A DNA stretch of 64,000 nt, from contig JBNJNM010000009.1 in assembly GCA_052426225.1 (NCBI GenBank), positions 1,332,323-1,396,322 of the forward strand. Reading direction: 5' to 3'. Below, in pieces: positions 61,596 to 64,000 of the stretch; position 1 is the stretch's first letter, and every line of letters begins with the position of its first letter. The translations under genes and the position numbers were made by a program. The notes under the pieces were generated by a model. That model made no database searches. It worked only from the letters and a program-made list of their open reading frames with translations, and was not told where the DNA came from. This DNA comes from Zancudomyces culisetae HAW-14-8. Its lineage: Eukaryota > Fungi > Kickxellomycota.

Positions 61596-64000
61596 TTAGG
61601 GTTAGGGTTAGGGTTAGGGTTAGGGTTAGGGTTAGGGTTAGGGTTAGGGTTAGGGTTAGGGTTAGGGTTAGGGTTAGGGTTAGGGTTAGGGTTAGGGTTA
61701 GGGTTAGGGTTAGGGTTAGGGTTAGGGTTAGGGTTAGGGTTAGGGTTAGGGTTAGGGTTAGGGTTAGGGTTAGGGTTAGGGTTAGGGTTAGGGTTAGGGT
61801 TAGGGTTAGGGTTAGGGTTAGGGTTAGGGTTAGGGTTAGGGTTAGGGTTAGGGTTAGGGTTAGGGTTAGGGTTAGGGTTAGGGTTAGGGTTAGGGTTAGG
61901 GTTAGGGTTAGGGTTAGGGTTAGGGTTAGGGTTAGGGTTAGGGTTAGGGTTAGGGTTAGGGTTAGGGTTAGGGTTAGGGTTAGGGTTAGGGTTAGGGTTA
62001 GGGTTAGGGTTAGGGTTAGGGTTAGGGTTAGGGTTAGGGTTAGGGTTAGGGTTAGGGTTAGGGTTAGGGTTAGGGTTAGGGTTAGGGTTAGGGTTAGGGT
62101 TAGGGTTAGGGTTAGGGTTAGGGTTAGGGTTAGGGTTAGGGTTAGGGTTAGGGTTAGGGTTAGGGTTAGGGTTAGGGTTAGGGTTAGGGTTAGGGTTAGG
62201 GTTAGGGTTAGGGTTAGGGTTAGGGTTAGGGTTAGGGTTAGGGTTAGGGTTAGGGTTAGGGTTAGGGTTAGGGTTAGGGTTAGGGTTAGGGTTAGGGTTA
62301 GGGTTAGGGTTAGGGTTAGGGTTAGGGTTAGGGTTAGGGTTAGGGTTAGGGTTAGGGTTAGGGTTAGGGTTAGGGTTAGGGTTAGGGTTAGGGTTAGGGT
62401 TAGGGTTAGGGTTAGGGTTAGGGTTAGGGTTAGGGTTAGGGTTAGGGTTAGGGTTAGGGTTAGGGTTAGGGTTAGGGTTAGGGTTAGGGTTAGGGTTAGG
62501 GTTAGGGTTAGGGTTAGGGTTAGGGTTAGGGTTAGGGTTAGGGTTAGGGTTAGGGTTAGGGTTAGGGTTAGGGTTAGGGTTAGGGTTAGGGTTAGGGTTA
62601 GGGTTAGGGTTAGGGTTAGGGTTAGGGTTAGGGTTAGGGTTAGGGTTAGGGTTAGGGTTAGGGTTAGGGTTAGGGTTAGGGTTAGGGTTAGGGTTAGGGT
62701 TAGGGTTAGGGTTAGGGTTAGGGTTAGGGTTAGGGTTAGGGTTAGGGTTAGGGTTAGGGTTAGGGTTAGGGTTAGGGTTAGGGTTAGGGTTAGGGTTAGG
62801 GTTAGGGTTAGGGTTAGGGTTAGGGTTAGGGTTAGGGTTAGGGTTAGGGTTAGGGTTAGGGTTAGGGTTAGGGTTAGGGTTAGGGTTAGGGTTAGGGTTA
62901 GGGTTAGGGTTAGGGTTAGGGTTAGGGTTAGGGTTAGGGTTAGGGTTAGGGTTAGGGTTAGGGTTAGGGTTAGGGTTAGGGTTAGGGTTAGGGTTAGGGT
63001 TAGGGTTAGGGTTAGGGTTAGGGTTAGGGTTAGGGTTAGGGTTAGGGTTAGGGTTAGGGTTAGGGTTAGGGTTAGGGTTAGGGTTAGGGTTAGGGTTAGG
63101 GTGGGTAGGTTGGGGTGGGGTGGGTTAGGGTAGGGTTGGGGTGGGTGGGTTGGGGAGGGGTGGGGTGGGTTAGGGGTGGGTGTAGGGTGGGTAGGGTAGG
63201 GGTAGGGTTAGGGTTAGGGGGTGGGTGAGGGTGTGGGTTAGGGTAGGGGTTGGGGTAGGGGTTAGGGTAGGGTGTGGGTTAGGGTTAGGGGTAGGGTTGG
63301 GGTAGGGTGAGGGTTAGGGGTTGGGTTGGGTGAGGGGTAGGGGTTGGGGTAGGGGTAGGGTTAGGGTTAGGGTTAGGGTGGGTAGGGGTTGGGTTAGGGT
63401 TGGGTTGGGGGTAGGGTGTAGGGGTAGGGGTAGGGTGGGTAGGGTTGGGTTGGGTTAGGGGTGGGGTAGGGTGTGGGGTAGGGTTAGGGTTAGGGGTAGG
63501 GGTTAGGGTTAGGGTTGGGGGTGGGGTAGGGGTAGGGTTAGGGTTGGGGGTGGGTTAGGGTTGGGTTAGGGGTGGGGTGAGGGTTAGGGGTGGGTTGGGT
63601 GGGGTGGGGGTGGGGTAGGGGTTGGGGTAGGGGGTGGGGGTGGGGTAGGGGTAGGGTTAGGGTTGGGGTAGGGGTAGGGGTGGGGTTGGGGTGGGGGTGG
63701 TGGGTAGGGGTTGGGGTAGGGGTGGGGAGGGGTTGGGTAGGGTTGGGGTTGGGGTGGGGGTGGGGTGGGGTGGGGTGGGGTGGGGGAGGGGTGGGGTAGG
63801 GGTAGGGTGAGGGTTGGGGTAGGGGTGGGGGTAGGGGTTGGGGGTGGGGGTGGGGTGGGGGTGGGGGTGGGGTAGGGGGTTGGGGGTGGGGTGGGGTGGG
63901 GTAGGGGTAGGGTTAGGGGTAGGGGTGGGGTAGGGTGAGGGGTGAGGGTAGGGGGTGGGGTAGGGTTGGGGTGAGGGTAGGGTTAGGGTTAGGGGTAGGG
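61596..64000 (+). repeat. Telomere (TTAGGG)n
   Basis: About 251 perfect units at 61596-63101, then noisy G-rich repeats to the window end; G strand points outward. Confidence 0.98.

Noticed and set aside
63102-64000. Irregular G-rich telomere repeats and the ORF at 63590-63799
   Set aside because: Abrupt loss of regularity at the contig tip is typical of low-coverage long-read error; not treated as biological.

Overview
AT-rich, intron-poor eukaryotic chromosome end, most likely fungal and possibly an early-diverging lineage (inference from gene and TE content). It ends in a (TTAGGG)n telomere at about 61.4-64 kb. About half the window is retroelements. At 10-31 kb there is a five-level nest: a dead Ty3/gypsy holds a family-C LTR, which holds a DIRS1 tyrosine-recombinase retrotransposon (ITRs, ICR, methyltransferase domain), which holds a solo LTR and chromovirus A, which holds chromovirus B. 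A second TE graveyard lies at 48.6-61.2 kb. Chromoviruses A, B and C lack tRNA primer sites and show Tf1-type self-priming complementarity, with a compensatory base change between B and C. All three have -1 frameshift signals, and A and B carry heat-shock elements in their LTRs. The host-gene island at 31-46 kb holds an AnmK/levoglucosan-kinase family gene head-to-head with an ACS/Dal5-type MFS transporter (candidate anhydro-sugar or peptidoglycan salvage module), a secreted Cys-rich protein, a GPI-type trypsin lacking the catalytic His, and two short ORFs that look homologous to each other. The MFS gene plus a LINE tail is duplicated at 0.8-3.1 kb, with boundaries exactly at the ATG and at the LINE 3' end.
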